Source of the DNA: Psammoneis japonica
Taxonomy: Eukaryota
Assembly (NCBI GenBank): GCA_008632985.1
Contig: QPGO01000264.1
Span: forward strand, 1-64,000
DNA length: 64,000 nucleotides
Direction of reading: 5' to 3'
Position numbers and translations under genes: made by a program. Of this stretch, positions 47,434 to 59,839 are shown piece after piece (position 1 is the first letter of the stretch; each line of letters begins with the position of its first letter). The notes beneath the pieces are model-generated. The model did no database searches, was not told where the DNA came from, and was given only the letters and a program-made list of their open reading frames with translations.

Positions 47434-48624
47434 GTCAGATGTTGTCACCAATGCGGTTGCCACCAACATTCCCACTGCAGCACACCTGACATTTTGTTCT
47501 GATGAGTGCATCAATGAAAAGAGAGGTGAGGTTTTAAATCAAAAAATGGACACCAACTGCCATGCATGATTGTGCTGTCACTCAAGCCTGTTGTCTTCAC
47601 TGCTTTCATTGACATTTTTGTTCTTTCTCGACAGATTCAAGAGCACCCAGCCCACCCTTTTTGTGGCAGCCTACAATCACATGGAACACAAAGATTCTGT
47701 CACATTGAAGTTTGCAGAGGTGTCACTTGGTTTGGTTGCAGCGCACATGGCATTCACTGCTCATGAGCATGTCTTTGGCGAGCTTTTTCACTGCTGATTT
47801 TGTTGCCCATTTTGTGATGTTCATGTTCAGCCTCATCAACCATCAGCCAAATTTCTGTGTCAGACATGCTGTTGTTTGTTGGGAACCAAGTTGGATTTGT
47901 GGTCTTCCTTGATTTGGTGGAGAGGTGTTCTTGGCACTGAATGTGGCATCATTTTTGCTCCTTTCTTCCTGTCAATCAATCCATTTCAGGAAACCTGTCA
48001 CTCGATTTGGGTGCAACCTAAACCATGGTGAGTGCAGCATGTGAGCATGTCCATTGTGGCCTTTTGCTGTTTTTGCAGTTGGCCAAACATCTTGTTGCAC
48101 TTGTGTCCATTCTTGCCAACCTGTTGTTGCACCGCGTTTCTATGTCAGACAAGTTTTTGATTGATGGGGGAGCAAATGGGATCTGTGACATTCCTTGGTG
48201 TTTAGGAGAAATGTCACTTGATTCAATGGCGGTGTGTCACACAATCTGCATCAGGGTGAGTGCCACTCACGAGCCTGTCTGTCACTGCCGCATTTGCTGC
48301 TGATGTTGTTTGCTGTGGCATCTGTCTTGCAACGCTCACGTCCAGCCTTGTGAGCATGTTGACATGCCTGCAGACAGTGAGTTGGATCAGTGGCATGTCC
48401 TGAGCAGCTGCCATTGCACCACAGTTTTTTGTCTTCTTGACTTGAGTGCAGCAACCACTTGTGGTGCATCTCTCTTGAGTTCCCATCATTCTTGAATTTT
48501 GTTCATTGCTGACTTGCATTTCTCCCACTGTTTGTCACGTCAATGAGCGCTGTTGGACTTGAGAGTGACAATGCTGCATTGCATGGCATGTGCATTGCCA
48601 ATCTGTCTCTCTTGTGCTGGTTTT

Positions 48625-50849
48625 AAGTGCGTGGAGTCCCGCTGGCATTGATGCACTTGCATTTCTCTCTTTCCACCCTGGGATGTTGGCCTTTGCAAAC
48701 AAGGGCCTTTTCCCCTTGGAATTCAATGCAGTGCATGCAATGGTGCCCACTTTGTTTTGTGGTGGGTGCTGTGCGGGATGTGTCAGCATCCCTCCGACAA
48801 TCACTCGCTTCTCAGTGTGACGAGCTTGCTGCAATGTGATGTCAAGAGCGTGGGATGCCAATGGTGTGGGCCAATGCCTGCATGGGGATGGTTGAGATGG
48901 GTTTTCAATTGTGGCTGCACCTGCCCATGGTGCCTTGTTGTTGTCGTCAAGGATTTCTGTTTGGACATTGCTTGAGTTTTCGTTGGTTGTGTTGGGTGGC
49001 ATGGCAAGATTCAAGTTTGCGAGTGCTTCAAAAACATTTCTTGCACCTTGAACCGCATCTTTGGTTCTTTGTCCACTCAAGAAAGAATTTTGCTGCATTG
49101 CAAGGGGCCTCCAGGCAAAACCTGGAGAATGTTCTCATCTCATCCAAGCCATGACAAGGCAAGAATGGAAGCTTTGCTCCCATGGCTGCTGCAAGACATG
49201 CTTGGTCCCTTGTGAGTCTCACTTTTCTCTCCTTGCCCAGCTTGCCCTTGTCACTCTTAGTCCAAATGTCTGCTGGTGTTGCTTCAACGGCAAGTGCCAG
49301 CTCCTGATTGTGCAATGGTGCGGCATCAAAGCTCTCTGGTGTGTCTTTGCAATCACTTGCATTTCTCCATTGAGGGTGCAAGATGACACCATGGTTGTCT
49401 TGAACAAGGAGTTGCAACCGGTCCACCAGCCACGTGTTGAAATGGCCAAAAACGGGGAAGCCCTGTTGCCATCATTCTGAGCTCAAATGATTGCAATGAT
49501 GCCTGCATTCACTCAGAAGAGTGTCCAACATTTCTGTGCCACAGCACCACATCCCAAATGTTGTTGCCATCTGCTTGTGAATTGACTCCACATCACTTGT
49601 TCCCCGGTTGCAGTGCAGCAGATGCACTCCATGTTCATTCTTCATTGGCTCTCCCAACTTGTTGAAGAAAAGCATGTAAAATTGCACTCCTTGAGGGTTG
49701 GACATGTGTCCTGTGAGCATGTCTCAGAGCACGCCATTTGCTTTCTTCCAATTTGCCTTGTTGAAAAGGGGTTTGCCAGTCCAGCTGTCTGTGTTTCTTC
49801 TGGCAGAGGCACAGTTGGATCTCCTGCAGTTGCATTGGTGATGGTTTTCTCATTTGATGCATTCCCGGCAGCACCTCTTGGCATGCAACTCAACAAGCAA
49901 TTTGGAAAGCACCTCTGGCTGCAATCCTTTGGCACGCAGCAAGCACATGAGGTCAAGCATGGATTCTTTGTCGACCCCGGCTTTGTGAGTCAGGAAGGTG
50001 GGAAACTCATCACTGCATCCAAAAGGCAACATTTCATTGGAGGTTGGGTTGTGTCCCACGAAGGTGGGCTGCAGAATGTCATCACCCTGTTTCCATTTTG
50101 CCTTGCATTCATGGCAACAGCACATCATGGCACAGTGGCACAAATTAAGGGCAACTGCTCATTGTGCATGATGATTTGTTTGATGCCCATGCAGGCCAAC
50201 ACGGTCATTCATCTTGCACTGGGGACAACACGGAGCAGCCTCCAGACCCCACCTGAATTGTGGAAGCAACACAAGCACATCTGGGTGGTGCGACCTTTCT
50301 CCACAGTCAACGCCAAGCTTCTTGCAAATCTTGTGTGCACTGATGGCAGGAATCATGCAGTCACATTTCTTCAGATGCTCCAAAAGCCACCTTGTGTTCA
50401 GAGCACCGCCAAAGTTTCCAGTCGTCTCTGCCCTCAGTCAACCTTGTGTGGCTCTCAGGTGTTGAGTCATGACCCCCCCCAGGTCCGCTTGTGTCATTTT
50501 CTTGACCATCACTTGACGCTTCATTGAAGGGTTTGTCATCAGTGTGACCCAGCTCTGCCACGAATTGAGGCAAATCAAGCTCCACTGAAGCAACAAAATC
50601 CTCATTTTCTTCTTGCTCCTGTTGTTGGCAATCCTGTCCATTTTCCTCCTGCTTCTCCTCCTGTTCATTTGTGGTGCCTGAAGTTCTCACAGTGCCACTG
50701 TTCAGAGCCGTCTTCATGGCTTCATGCCCCTGTTGTGCCTTCTTGGCTGCCATCTTGCTGTTCCTTTCCTCTTTCTCTTCCAAAGTCAAAGAGCGCCACT
50801 TCTTTCTTGGGGTTTTGTCCCTTGACCCTTTCTTTCTGCCTGGCGGCAT
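48625..50849 (-). pseudogene. Dada-like transposase remnant
   Basis: MPPGRKKGSRDKTPRKK, PCCPQCK, CHECK, FPTFLTHKAGVD, GHMSNPQGVQFY, LLHCNRGTSDVESIHKQM, DRLQLLVQDNHGV, RLTRDQACLAAAMG; the D1/D2/DxxH region is missing. Confidence 0.75.
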
Positions 50850-51699
50850 GTGATTGTTCAAGATGTCAACAATGTGGTGTGCATGGCCAATGATGTGTTG
50901 TTGTGTTGTCGGCCAGTGTCTCGTCTCCGCACTTGGTTTGCTTTTTGATTTTATGATGCATTGATCTCACCTCTGAAAGATTCATTGCTGACGCAAGCGT
51001 GAGTGCTTGACTTTGGAGCTTCTGATTGGCTGAATCCATGCATTTTTAAAAAACCGCGCAGTTTTTGCATGAGCCTCTCAGTGCAAATTCTGTGTGTGCG
51101 AGTGCAAGCTCTCGTTTAAAAGATCCAGCAACGTGTGCCATGAGCAGGTGACCATGAGCCTGGCTGGAGCAGACACTGCTTGGCTGGCTCCAGATTGACG
51201 CCTTGGGTGAGGACAGAGGATCAGATGGTGCATTGACTTCTTTGGGCTACGATGAATTCAATTTCAGCGCACTGTGATCAACCGACTGGATGACCATCAT
51301 TTCTCAACCACAGCAGACAGCAGATGTTGTTGACAATGCTGTGACGGTCAATGTCATGTGTCACAAGCTCAAGAGAATTGTCTTGATGACCTGTTGAAAG
51401 GAACAGTGTGGGGACAACAAGAACAAGAAAGGATTCAATGCCGTCAAGCCCAGTTCAGTCAAGCTTCTTTGCCTGGAGAACAAATCGAGTGCCAATGTCA
51501 ACTTTGTCACATGCCACTGGGAAGAGTTGTGCACCCACGTGACAGACCTCATCCAGTTGACATGCCCCAAGAAAGGGCTGCGTGCCAATGAGCTTGACTT
51601 CAAGAAGCAAACATGTGGCAACATGAAATGTGCTTGTTGCGACAAAGACTTGAGAACATGCCATTCCTGCTGCTTGATCAACACTGTGTGATTTGACAA

Positions 51700-51910
51700 C
51701 ACATTGAAAACTTGTTGGAAGAACAAGCCAAGTGCAGGCATGCACAAGCTTGCATGCATGTTGACAACATGTTGGAAGAAGGAGTCGAGCGCATGCATGC
51801 ACAAGCTCACATGCACGTTGACAACATGTTGGAAGAACAAGCCAAACGCAGACGTGTGCAAACTCGAAGGCATGTCAATGACATGCCAGCAGAACAAGTC
51901 AAGCGATGCA
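51700..51910 (+). repeat. 57-bp (19-codon) degenerate coding-type repeat
   Basis: GTTGGAAGAA at 51714, 51771, 51828; translates MLEEQAKCRHAQACMHVDN-like units. Confidence 0.75.
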
Positions 51911-53189
51911 ATGATCGAGATCTGATGCATTAACTTGCTCACTGAATTGCAGTGCAATGTGCTTTCCATGTCAGTTTGTTTCTCTTTCACAACTGGAGCT
52001 GTCCATTTGTTTCACAAACATTGTGCATGGATGAGCAGGGCTGCATGCTTGGTGGCAGTGACTGGCAGAAAGGATCCATCAACCGCTCCTCTGCTTGACT
52101 TTCACAACAACACAAGATCTGAAGATTGTTTGCCATTCACTTGATGCTGTCACAACAAATTTGATGAGTTGTGCTGCACTGCACTTCTTCAATTGCTTCA
52201 TCATTTGAAGACAAGCAGAGAACACAGCCTTTCCATCATTTTGACCAAGACCAAGCATTTCTTCAATGGCTTCAATGATCAAAATGGCAGCAACCTGGAT
52301 CTCTCCTTCACTTGATTCATCATTGCTGAAAACAGTCCAGCAATGGCGGACTTCGTTCATGCCCTGGGCCACCCCTTCCTCGACAATGTGCTCTTGCAGA
52401 CAACCTTCAAACACCGCACAGATGACGGCATGACAAGGATCTTCATCATCCTTTTGAGTTCATGTTTTCTGATTGCAAAAAGCTTTGAGACAAATTTGCC
52501 ACTTGATTTTCTTTTGTGGAACAATGCAAGACATCCAATGCATCAGATTGATCAACCACTGCTGGAATCTGAGCCATCCGAATCTGAGTTGACATTCCAA
52601 TTGCTGTGTTTCTAATGTGCAGACAGATGTCAGGTGTTGCTTGATCAGCTGCATTGAAAAACATGCTGAAGACATTTTCCGTGAAGTCTGGATTGTTGCC
52701 TGGCCAATCAAACTCCATTTCCAGCTGCGCGCATTTCAACAAATGAAAGTTTGTGCCACATTGTGCAATTTGCCTGCAGTTCTCTTGTGCCTCAGTGGCA
52801 TTTTCTGCATCTGCAGCATTGCGCAATCAAACTGCCAATCTTTTAATGTCATCAAAAATGAACTCGAGCCCACAAATGGTTCCATGACAGATCATTTGTG
52901 GTCACCCAATCAATGTCGTCCATGGTGTTGTTGATTGTGTGAACATTGTGAGCATCAAGTGTTCTCATTCTGCGGCAGAGTTGATGCAAAATTCAGGTTG
53001 TACAATGGCCCACAGTTTTGAAGATTTGCATCAAAAAATCTGGAACAAACAATGACCTTAACACTTTGATGTTTGAGTGAAGATTTTTTGTTCAAAAATT
53101 TAAAATGAATGAACTGGTCATTGCGATTCAAAATTGACAGTGTCTCAAATGTTCAAATTTTAAAATTTTTGAGAAAATTGATGATCAAG

Positions 53190-53420
53190 TGAAATCAGGA
53201 GCATTGGATGTAGTTTTGCCGTGCTCTGCAAGTGAGGCACTGGCACACACGCTGACGTGTCTCATCGGAGGGAGGCAACAAGGGGCAGCAAAGCAATCGT
53301 CGGTCACTTGTTGTTGCCATTGTGTGATGACAAGCCTCTGGAAGTGTCTTGTTGATTGTTGCATCACTGCACCACTGGGACTGTGAGTGGCTGAGCCCAT
53401 CTGGCAGCTGGATTTACTCG
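53190..53420 (+). repeat. 5' LTR (shared portion, 231 bp)
   Basis: TGAAATCAGG...GATTTACTCG aligns without gaps to 59601-59831; true right end uncertain. Confidence 0.92.
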
Positions 53421-53710
53421 CTTTGTCAGAGCCAAGTCACAACTCAAGTTTGGTGCATTGAAATGTGATGAACAACAATTTGTTGATGGTCGTGTCATTG
53501 TGGCATGGTTGCAATGATGATTGTCAACCGACCGAAGGGTGCACAGTGTTTGTTGTCACCTGGCATCAGTGCATGCACAAGCAGTGAGGAGACAAGGCCA
53601 GTCTCCATGCTTCTAGAGGATGCGTGTCATCTTCAACACGTTGAGGCACATTTGTTTGTAACATGCACCTTCTAACATGTCTTGCTTGATTCCGTGTCAC
53701 AGGCATTGCC

Positions 53711-55135
53711 ATGATGGCTGCTCCTCCGGATCCAATTGAGACTGCTCTTGATTGGATTGGATTTGACAATCCAGATTGTCGAGCCTTGCTCATGGCGGAT
53801 TTTGCAACTTTTTGAGATTTTGAAGACCTCAAGGAGAGTGACATTGACACACTCGCAGCTTCTCATGCAAGGAGGATGGTTGCTGAAGGGCGCATTCACT
53901 TTGGACTAGCTTGCACTCGCCATCTCAAAGCTCTGATCCATTGGGTCCAGGATTTTTACCATGTGAGTGAGATCCCCACTCTTGGGGGATTAGATGAAGC
54001 AGTCTTCCGTTCGCAGCTGCAAATGGCACTCAATTGGGCTGAGATTCGCTCTCAGCAGAAAGACACGGCAGACTCTCTTGGCAAAGAAGCGTCACCTGGA
54101 ATGTTGGAGAATGAGAAAGGATGGGTGAAGTGGGGCACAGGCCCAACGAACATGCCAGGCATTGTGCTCGGAGTGTCCGGCGTGCCACTTGTTCATTGCA
54201 TTCGTTCAAATGATGACCCTGAACCTGATGGTCACAACACTTTTGTCCAGAAGTGTGTTGCTTGTGCGCCACTCCACTGTCCTGCTTTTGAAGCAGATGC
54301 TCGCACTGTTCATCTGTTGATCAAGTCCCTTGCTGTGGGGATGCCAAGTGAGCAATGGTTGAAAGACCACAAGAGTGAGCAGAATGGTCGTGTGGACTGT
54401 CAAGCTCTTTGCGATCATTGCCAGGGAGAGGGCAACTTGTCGCGCCGCATTTCTGAGGCTGAGAATTTAGAGAAAACACTCCATTGCAAGAGTGAACGCG
54501 CTGTGGCTTTTGAGTTGTTTGTCAACAAGCTCCAAGAAATGTTTGACATTTTTGAGGAGAATGATGAGCCCAAGACTGAAGCCCAGAAACTGCGCATCCT
54601 GTTTGAGAAGACGCAGCATCAACAGCTTCAGAGCATTGTTGAGACCTTGAAGGCACAAAATGAGTTCGGAGGAGGCATCTCATTTACCACGGCGGCCAAT
54701 CACCTGGCGGCTAAGGCAGCTGCTCTTCTAGAGACAGTCATGCATCGCTGTGCAATCGCTTCAGTCACCTCTGGAGGAGGGAAAGAAGGCAACATCCACA
54801 ATGCTGATGGAACCATTGACACGGGTTTCCACAAGAATTGGCATCAGCTGAGCAAGGAGGACAAGCAGAAGGTTTGCAACGAGCGTGCACGTCCAGGTGT
54901 CAACAAGAAACCTGGGAATCCAAAATGTTGCGCTGCATCTGTCAAGTTGCTTGAGAAGAAGAATCTGAAGCTGTCGTTGCAGCTTGAGGAAGTGAGCCGT
55001 AAAATCTTCGCTCTGAATGCAAGCACCAACTCTGATTCTGGTGAAGGCGATTCAGGAGCTGACGGGAAAGGCAAGGACAATGCCGGAGATGCTTTTGGAG
55101 GTTGCAGTGAGAAACGTGGAGCTGGACGTCAATGA
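53711..55135 (+). pseudogene. gag: Copia Gag, degenerate
   Basis: LDWIGF...FEDLKESDI, LKALIHWVQDF, GVSGVPLVHCIR, FEADARTVH, HCKSERAVAFE; one internal TGA. Confidence 0.85.
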
Positions 55136-55174
55136 CTCCCAAGCTGGACTCTGCTCTGCAGCATTGTCAACCTT

Positions 55175-58100
55175 GTGTTGTGGCCACTGCACTGGGGCAG
55201 GGGTCAGTCATGTTCATCATGCAAGGATTCAACGTGCCAAGACAGTCAGCGCATCTACGAGATCACTGCCTCAACGAGGTGTGTCTCTGCCACTCGATCC
55301 AATTCACGAAACACTCACATCCAAGACATGAATCAGGTAAAGCATGGGTGTCTTGAATTGGATTTGCATGCTGATGCTGCTGTTTTTGGTCAAAACTTTA
55401 CCCTCTCAGGTCACTCTGGACGAGAATGCGACGTGTCACCCTGCAATGAGGGATGCGAGTCCATCAAGAGTGTCCCGACAGCTTTGGCGGCCATGGCGTG
55501 GATGTCAACAGCTGTGGGAGCAACACACATCCTGGTTTTTCATGAGGGCACGTGGATGGCTGATTCCATGGAGCACTTGCTGTTGAACCCCAATCAGTTG
55601 CGACACTTTGGTGCATGAGTTCAGGGTGACCCCTGTTCTGAGTCGCCTCTGCATGTTCTCACGGAGGACAAGTCATTTGTGTTACCTCTGGAGGTGATGG
55701 GGACCAGCATCATTGTGGCAACCCGGACTCCTGCAGATCAGGAGCTCCAGGAGTGCCCGCACATCCAGATGACCTCCCAACAACCTTGGGATCCACATGC
55801 CGTCAAGTTTAAACAGCCCAGAACTTGACGATCTGTGGAGGAGGAAATGGAGTTGATTCGGTCTGTGGCAAGCATTCAAACCAACATGACGCATGAATTC
55901 AGTGAAGATCCTGCTTGTGGCAACCCTCAGTCTGGGGACCACCATGACAGGAGATTCATTTATGGTGTTGACCAAGTTCAATCAAGATTGGTGGCAGCAG
56001 TTAGAGCAGACTCAGATGCACAGATTTCTGCCATCGAGACAATTGGTGAGGAACCTGAGGACGTGGCTCATCCAAAGACTTTCATGTCAAAGGAGAGACA
56101 CAGCAACATTGCTGCAGCTGACTTGAGTGAGCGTTGGTGCATTGGATTGAAACAAGCAGCTGCTGCACTGAAGAAGACCACTCAGAGGCTAGCACAGTCA
56201 GCGTTGATGCTGTTGGGCAGGCGTCACCAAGCCAATCGGATGTTCACAAAACCAAGATTACGTGGTGAATGGGCAACCGACACTTGTGGACGGAAAAGTG
56301 GTTTCGTTGGAGGGCAATTGATGCGCCCAGATCTTCATGAACAAGAAGCACTTTGCTGCGATCCATCCCATGGACAAGAAGAGTAAAGCTGGTGAAGCTC
56401 TCAAGACATTCTGCCAAGAATTTAGTGTTCCGGAGAAGCTTGCAATGGATGGTTCTAAGGAACAGACCAAACCTGGCACTGAGTTCATGAAGACAGTCCA
56501 AAAGGAGGGCAATGATCATCATGTCATTGAGCCTGACAGGCACAATCAGAATCCTGTGGAAGGAGTCGTCCGTGAGGTTCGACGCAAGTGGTTTTGCATC
56601 ATGGTGAAGAAGCAAGTGCCGAGGAGACTTTGGGATCACGGACTTGTGTGGAGCTGCAAGACAATGTCTAGGACATTTCTGAGGGCTCATCACTTGGATG
56701 CTGGAGTGCCACTTGAAGATGTTCTCGGCAAGACTCTCTGAATGTCTTGACTTTGGGTTCTGTGACTGGGTCTGGTGCAGGGAGAATGCGGGACTTGGAG
56801 ACGAGAAACCAGGCAGATGGCTTGGTGTCTCTCACAGAACGGGGAGTCTCATGTCGCACCACATTTTGACAGCAAACGGCAGCGTCATCTCAAGGACATC
56901 TGTTCATTGGGTCACCAATTTAGAGGCCGCTGCACAAGGCAAAGTTCAACAGTTTTGATGAGGAAATCAAGCGCTGCATGAAGGAACAAGATTTTCCGGA
57001 GGACAAGGAATGCAAGATCAGTCCCAAAGACTGGAAGGACTGCCTTGGTTATGATGATGAATTCCTCGACGAATGCGACCGCGTCATGTCTTCGGAGGAG
57101 GCATTGGATGAGGATGACAACAAGAAAGACAAGGAAGCCTCACCGGAGGCAGCCGACTGGGGATGTCTCAATGTGGAAGTTGCTCTTCCTAGAGATGACA
57201 ATGGCCCCAAGTTTGCACGTGTTGCCAAGAGGTTGAGGGATGCCAATGGCATCCCAATTGGTGCAGCCAACAACAATCCCATCCTGGACACTCGAATGCA
57301 TCAGCTGGAGTGCCCTGATGGTCGCGCTGCTGCACCATCTGCCAACTCCATTGCCATGAACATGCATGCACAGATTGATGAGGATGGGAATCGACATGTT
57401 CCATTTGACGAGATTGTAGATCATCGCACAAATGGGGACATTCCAGATGCCACATTCTTTGAAACTGAGCAAGGCGTGCAGAAGCGGTGCAAGACCACGA
57501 AGGGATGGGAGCTTTTGTTTCAATGGAAGGATGGCAGCATGACTTGGATTGACCTCAAGGATGCTGAGGAAGGCTTCCCGGCACAGGTTGCTGAGTTTGC
57601 TGTTCAGCGCAAGATCTCACAGGAGTCAGCGTTTGCTTGGTGGGTTCCTCACGTTGTCAGGACACGCATGCGTTCCACAGCAAAAGTCAAGTCGAAGCAT
57701 TGGTTGTGAACCCACAAGTTCGGCATGCGGATTCTGAAGAGTGTCAAGGAGGCATTAGAACTTGATCATGCAAATGGCAACACCCTGTGGTGGGACGCTG
57801 TTTGCATGGAGATGAAGAACGTTTGAGTTGTGTTCGAGAAGTTTGATGGTGAACCAGAAGACATGGCGCCTGGCTTCCAGGAGGTGAAGTGCCACGTGAC
57901 ATTCGACATCAAGATGGGAGAAAACTTCTGCCACAAATGTCGAATGGTGGCTGGGGGACACACTGCTGAGGCTCCCACCACAATCACCTGCTCCTCTGTT
58001 GTCTCTAGGGACTCAGTGAGGATCGCGCTTGCGCTTGCCGTGCTCAATGACTCACAAGTGTTTGCATGTGACATCCAGAATGCCTGCCTCACTGCCCCTT

Positions 58101-59413
58101 GCAGGGAGAAGATTTGGACCCATGCAGGTTCAGAGTTTGGCGAGGATGAAGGTTGCATCATGATTGCAGTCAGGGGACTTTACAGGTTGAAGAGTTCCGG
58201 AGCAGCACTCAGAGCCTTCCCAGTGGAGAAGCTTTGTGATTTGGGGTGCAAGCCAAGCAAGGCCGATCCTGATGTGTGGATGCGACCTGCGGTGAAACCT
58301 GATGGATTCGAGCACTACGAACGTGTTTTAGTTTGTGTTGATGATGTGCTGTCGATCAGCCATGAACCCCTGAAAACAATGGATGGCATCAGGTCCAAGT
58401 TCAAGCTCAAGGGTGACAAGGCAGCTGAACCCGATTCTTGCCTCGGGGCTGCTCTTTCCAAGATGGATTTGGCGGATGGCACCACTTGTTGGACCATGTC
58501 GGCGGAGAAGCATTGCAAGGCCACTGTCCAGAATGTTGAAGACAAGCTTGGCAAGGAAGGCAAGCAATCACCTGGCAAGGCAACTGCCCCTTTGAGCAGT
58601 GGACACAAGCCTGAGTTGGACACAATGGGCGAGTTAGATGCCGCGGGACTTGACTGTCACCAAGAGCTGATTGGCGTGTTGGTTTGGATTGTGGAACTTG
58701 GTAGAGTGGACATTCATCTGGAAGTTTTGTTGATGTCTGCCCACCTTGCTCTGCCCTGACTTGGTCATCTGGAACAGGTGCTGCATGTCTTTGCATGTCT
58801 CAAACATGTTCCGAGGCACCGAGTGGCATTTGACCCAACTCATCCCATGATTGATGAGCGGCGATTTGTCAAGCATGACTGGCATGACTTCTGCCGTGAC
58901 GCGGAGGAGGCCATTCCGTCTAATGCACCACCAGCTCGAGGTGACACAGTGTCAACACATTGTTTTGTGGATGACAACCATGCTGGCAATGTTGCCAATC
59001 GTCGCAGCCATGCAGGTGTTTTGACATTCCTTTGTCAGGCACCCATTGTCTGGCACTCAAAACGTCAGAATGCTGTGGAGGCAAGCACCTTTGGAGCTGA
59101 GATCGTTGCCCTCATGAATGCCATTGAGCTCATTGAAGGGCTGCGTTGCAAGCTGCGAATGTTTGGGGTTCCGATTGAAGGTCCTACAAATGTCTTCTGT
59201 GACAATGAGGCCGTGTGCAAGAACTGCTCTGTTCCTGAGTCTACACTCAAGAAGAAGCATCATTCCATTGCGCACCACCACAACCACAAAGCTGTTGCTG
59301 CGGGGACTGTTGGGATTGCAAAGGAAGACACTGAAACCAATCTTTCGGATTTGTTCACAAAAGTCATGGCATCAGTGAGAAGGAACTTTCTGTTGGACAA
59401 GTTCACGCATTGA
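55175..59413 (+). pseudogene. pol: Copia Pol (protease, integrase, RT, RNase H), degenerate
   Basis: ELDLHADAAVFG; PEKLAMDGSKEQ...EPDRHNQNPVEG; FDIKMGENF...RMVAGGH, CDIQNACL, LVCVDDVL; VWHSKRQN, FCDNEAVCKN, NLSDLFTK; several TGA stops and frameshifts. Confidence 0.92.
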
Positions 59414-59600
59414 GTTTGAGTTTGCTGTTTGAGCGGCGGTGACTTTCTTCCCTGGTGAGGGTTTGCACCATGCTCTGGCAGTGGTGATTTTTCCCCAGTG
59501 AGGGTTTGCACCATGCATCATTGTCACGTTTGTTGTCGATTCAGCTTAGAGTCGAGTTGTCCCTGTCAAGACTTGCTGGGAACATTTCGAGGGGACCGAG

Positions 59601-59831
59601 TGAAATCAGGAGCATTGGATGTAGCTTTGCCATGCTCTGCAAGTGAGGCGCTGGCACGCACGCTGATGTGTCTCATCGGAGGGAGGCAACGAGGGGCAGC
59701 GAAGCAATCGTCGGTCACTTGTTGTTGCCGTTGTGCAATGACAAGCCTCTAGAAGCATCTTGTTGATTGTTGCATCACTGTGCCACTGAGACTGTGAGCA
59801 GCTGAGCCTGTCTGGCAGCTGGATTTACTCG
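59601..59831 (+). repeat. 3' LTR
   Basis: Matches 53190-53420 and follows the PPT. Confidence 0.92.
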
Positions 59832-59839
59832 TGATTGAA

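Larger units (their letters stand above)
46631..51160 (-). mobile_element. Dada-like element, internally deleted
   Basis: 3' end at 46631 (TTTTTGTGCCATGTTGCTGGAGTGCATTTTAGACC plus purine tract); 5' end about 51145-51160; 50955-51145 repeats 46433-46622; contains a transposase remnant. Confidence 0.75.
53190..59831 (+). mobile_element. Near full-length CoDi-type Ty1/Copia LTR retrotransposon, degenerate
   Basis: Paired LTRs, gag, PR-IN-RT-RH domain order, purine-rich GAGGGGACCGAG before the 3' LTR; no convincing TSD. Confidence 0.95.

Noticed and set aside
53421..53465. Primer binding site and TSD of the Copia element
   Set aside because: Two candidates (TTTGTCAGAGCCAAGT, resembling a mutated Met-i PBS, and TGGTGCATTG) cannot be distinguished, and no 5-bp TSD matches
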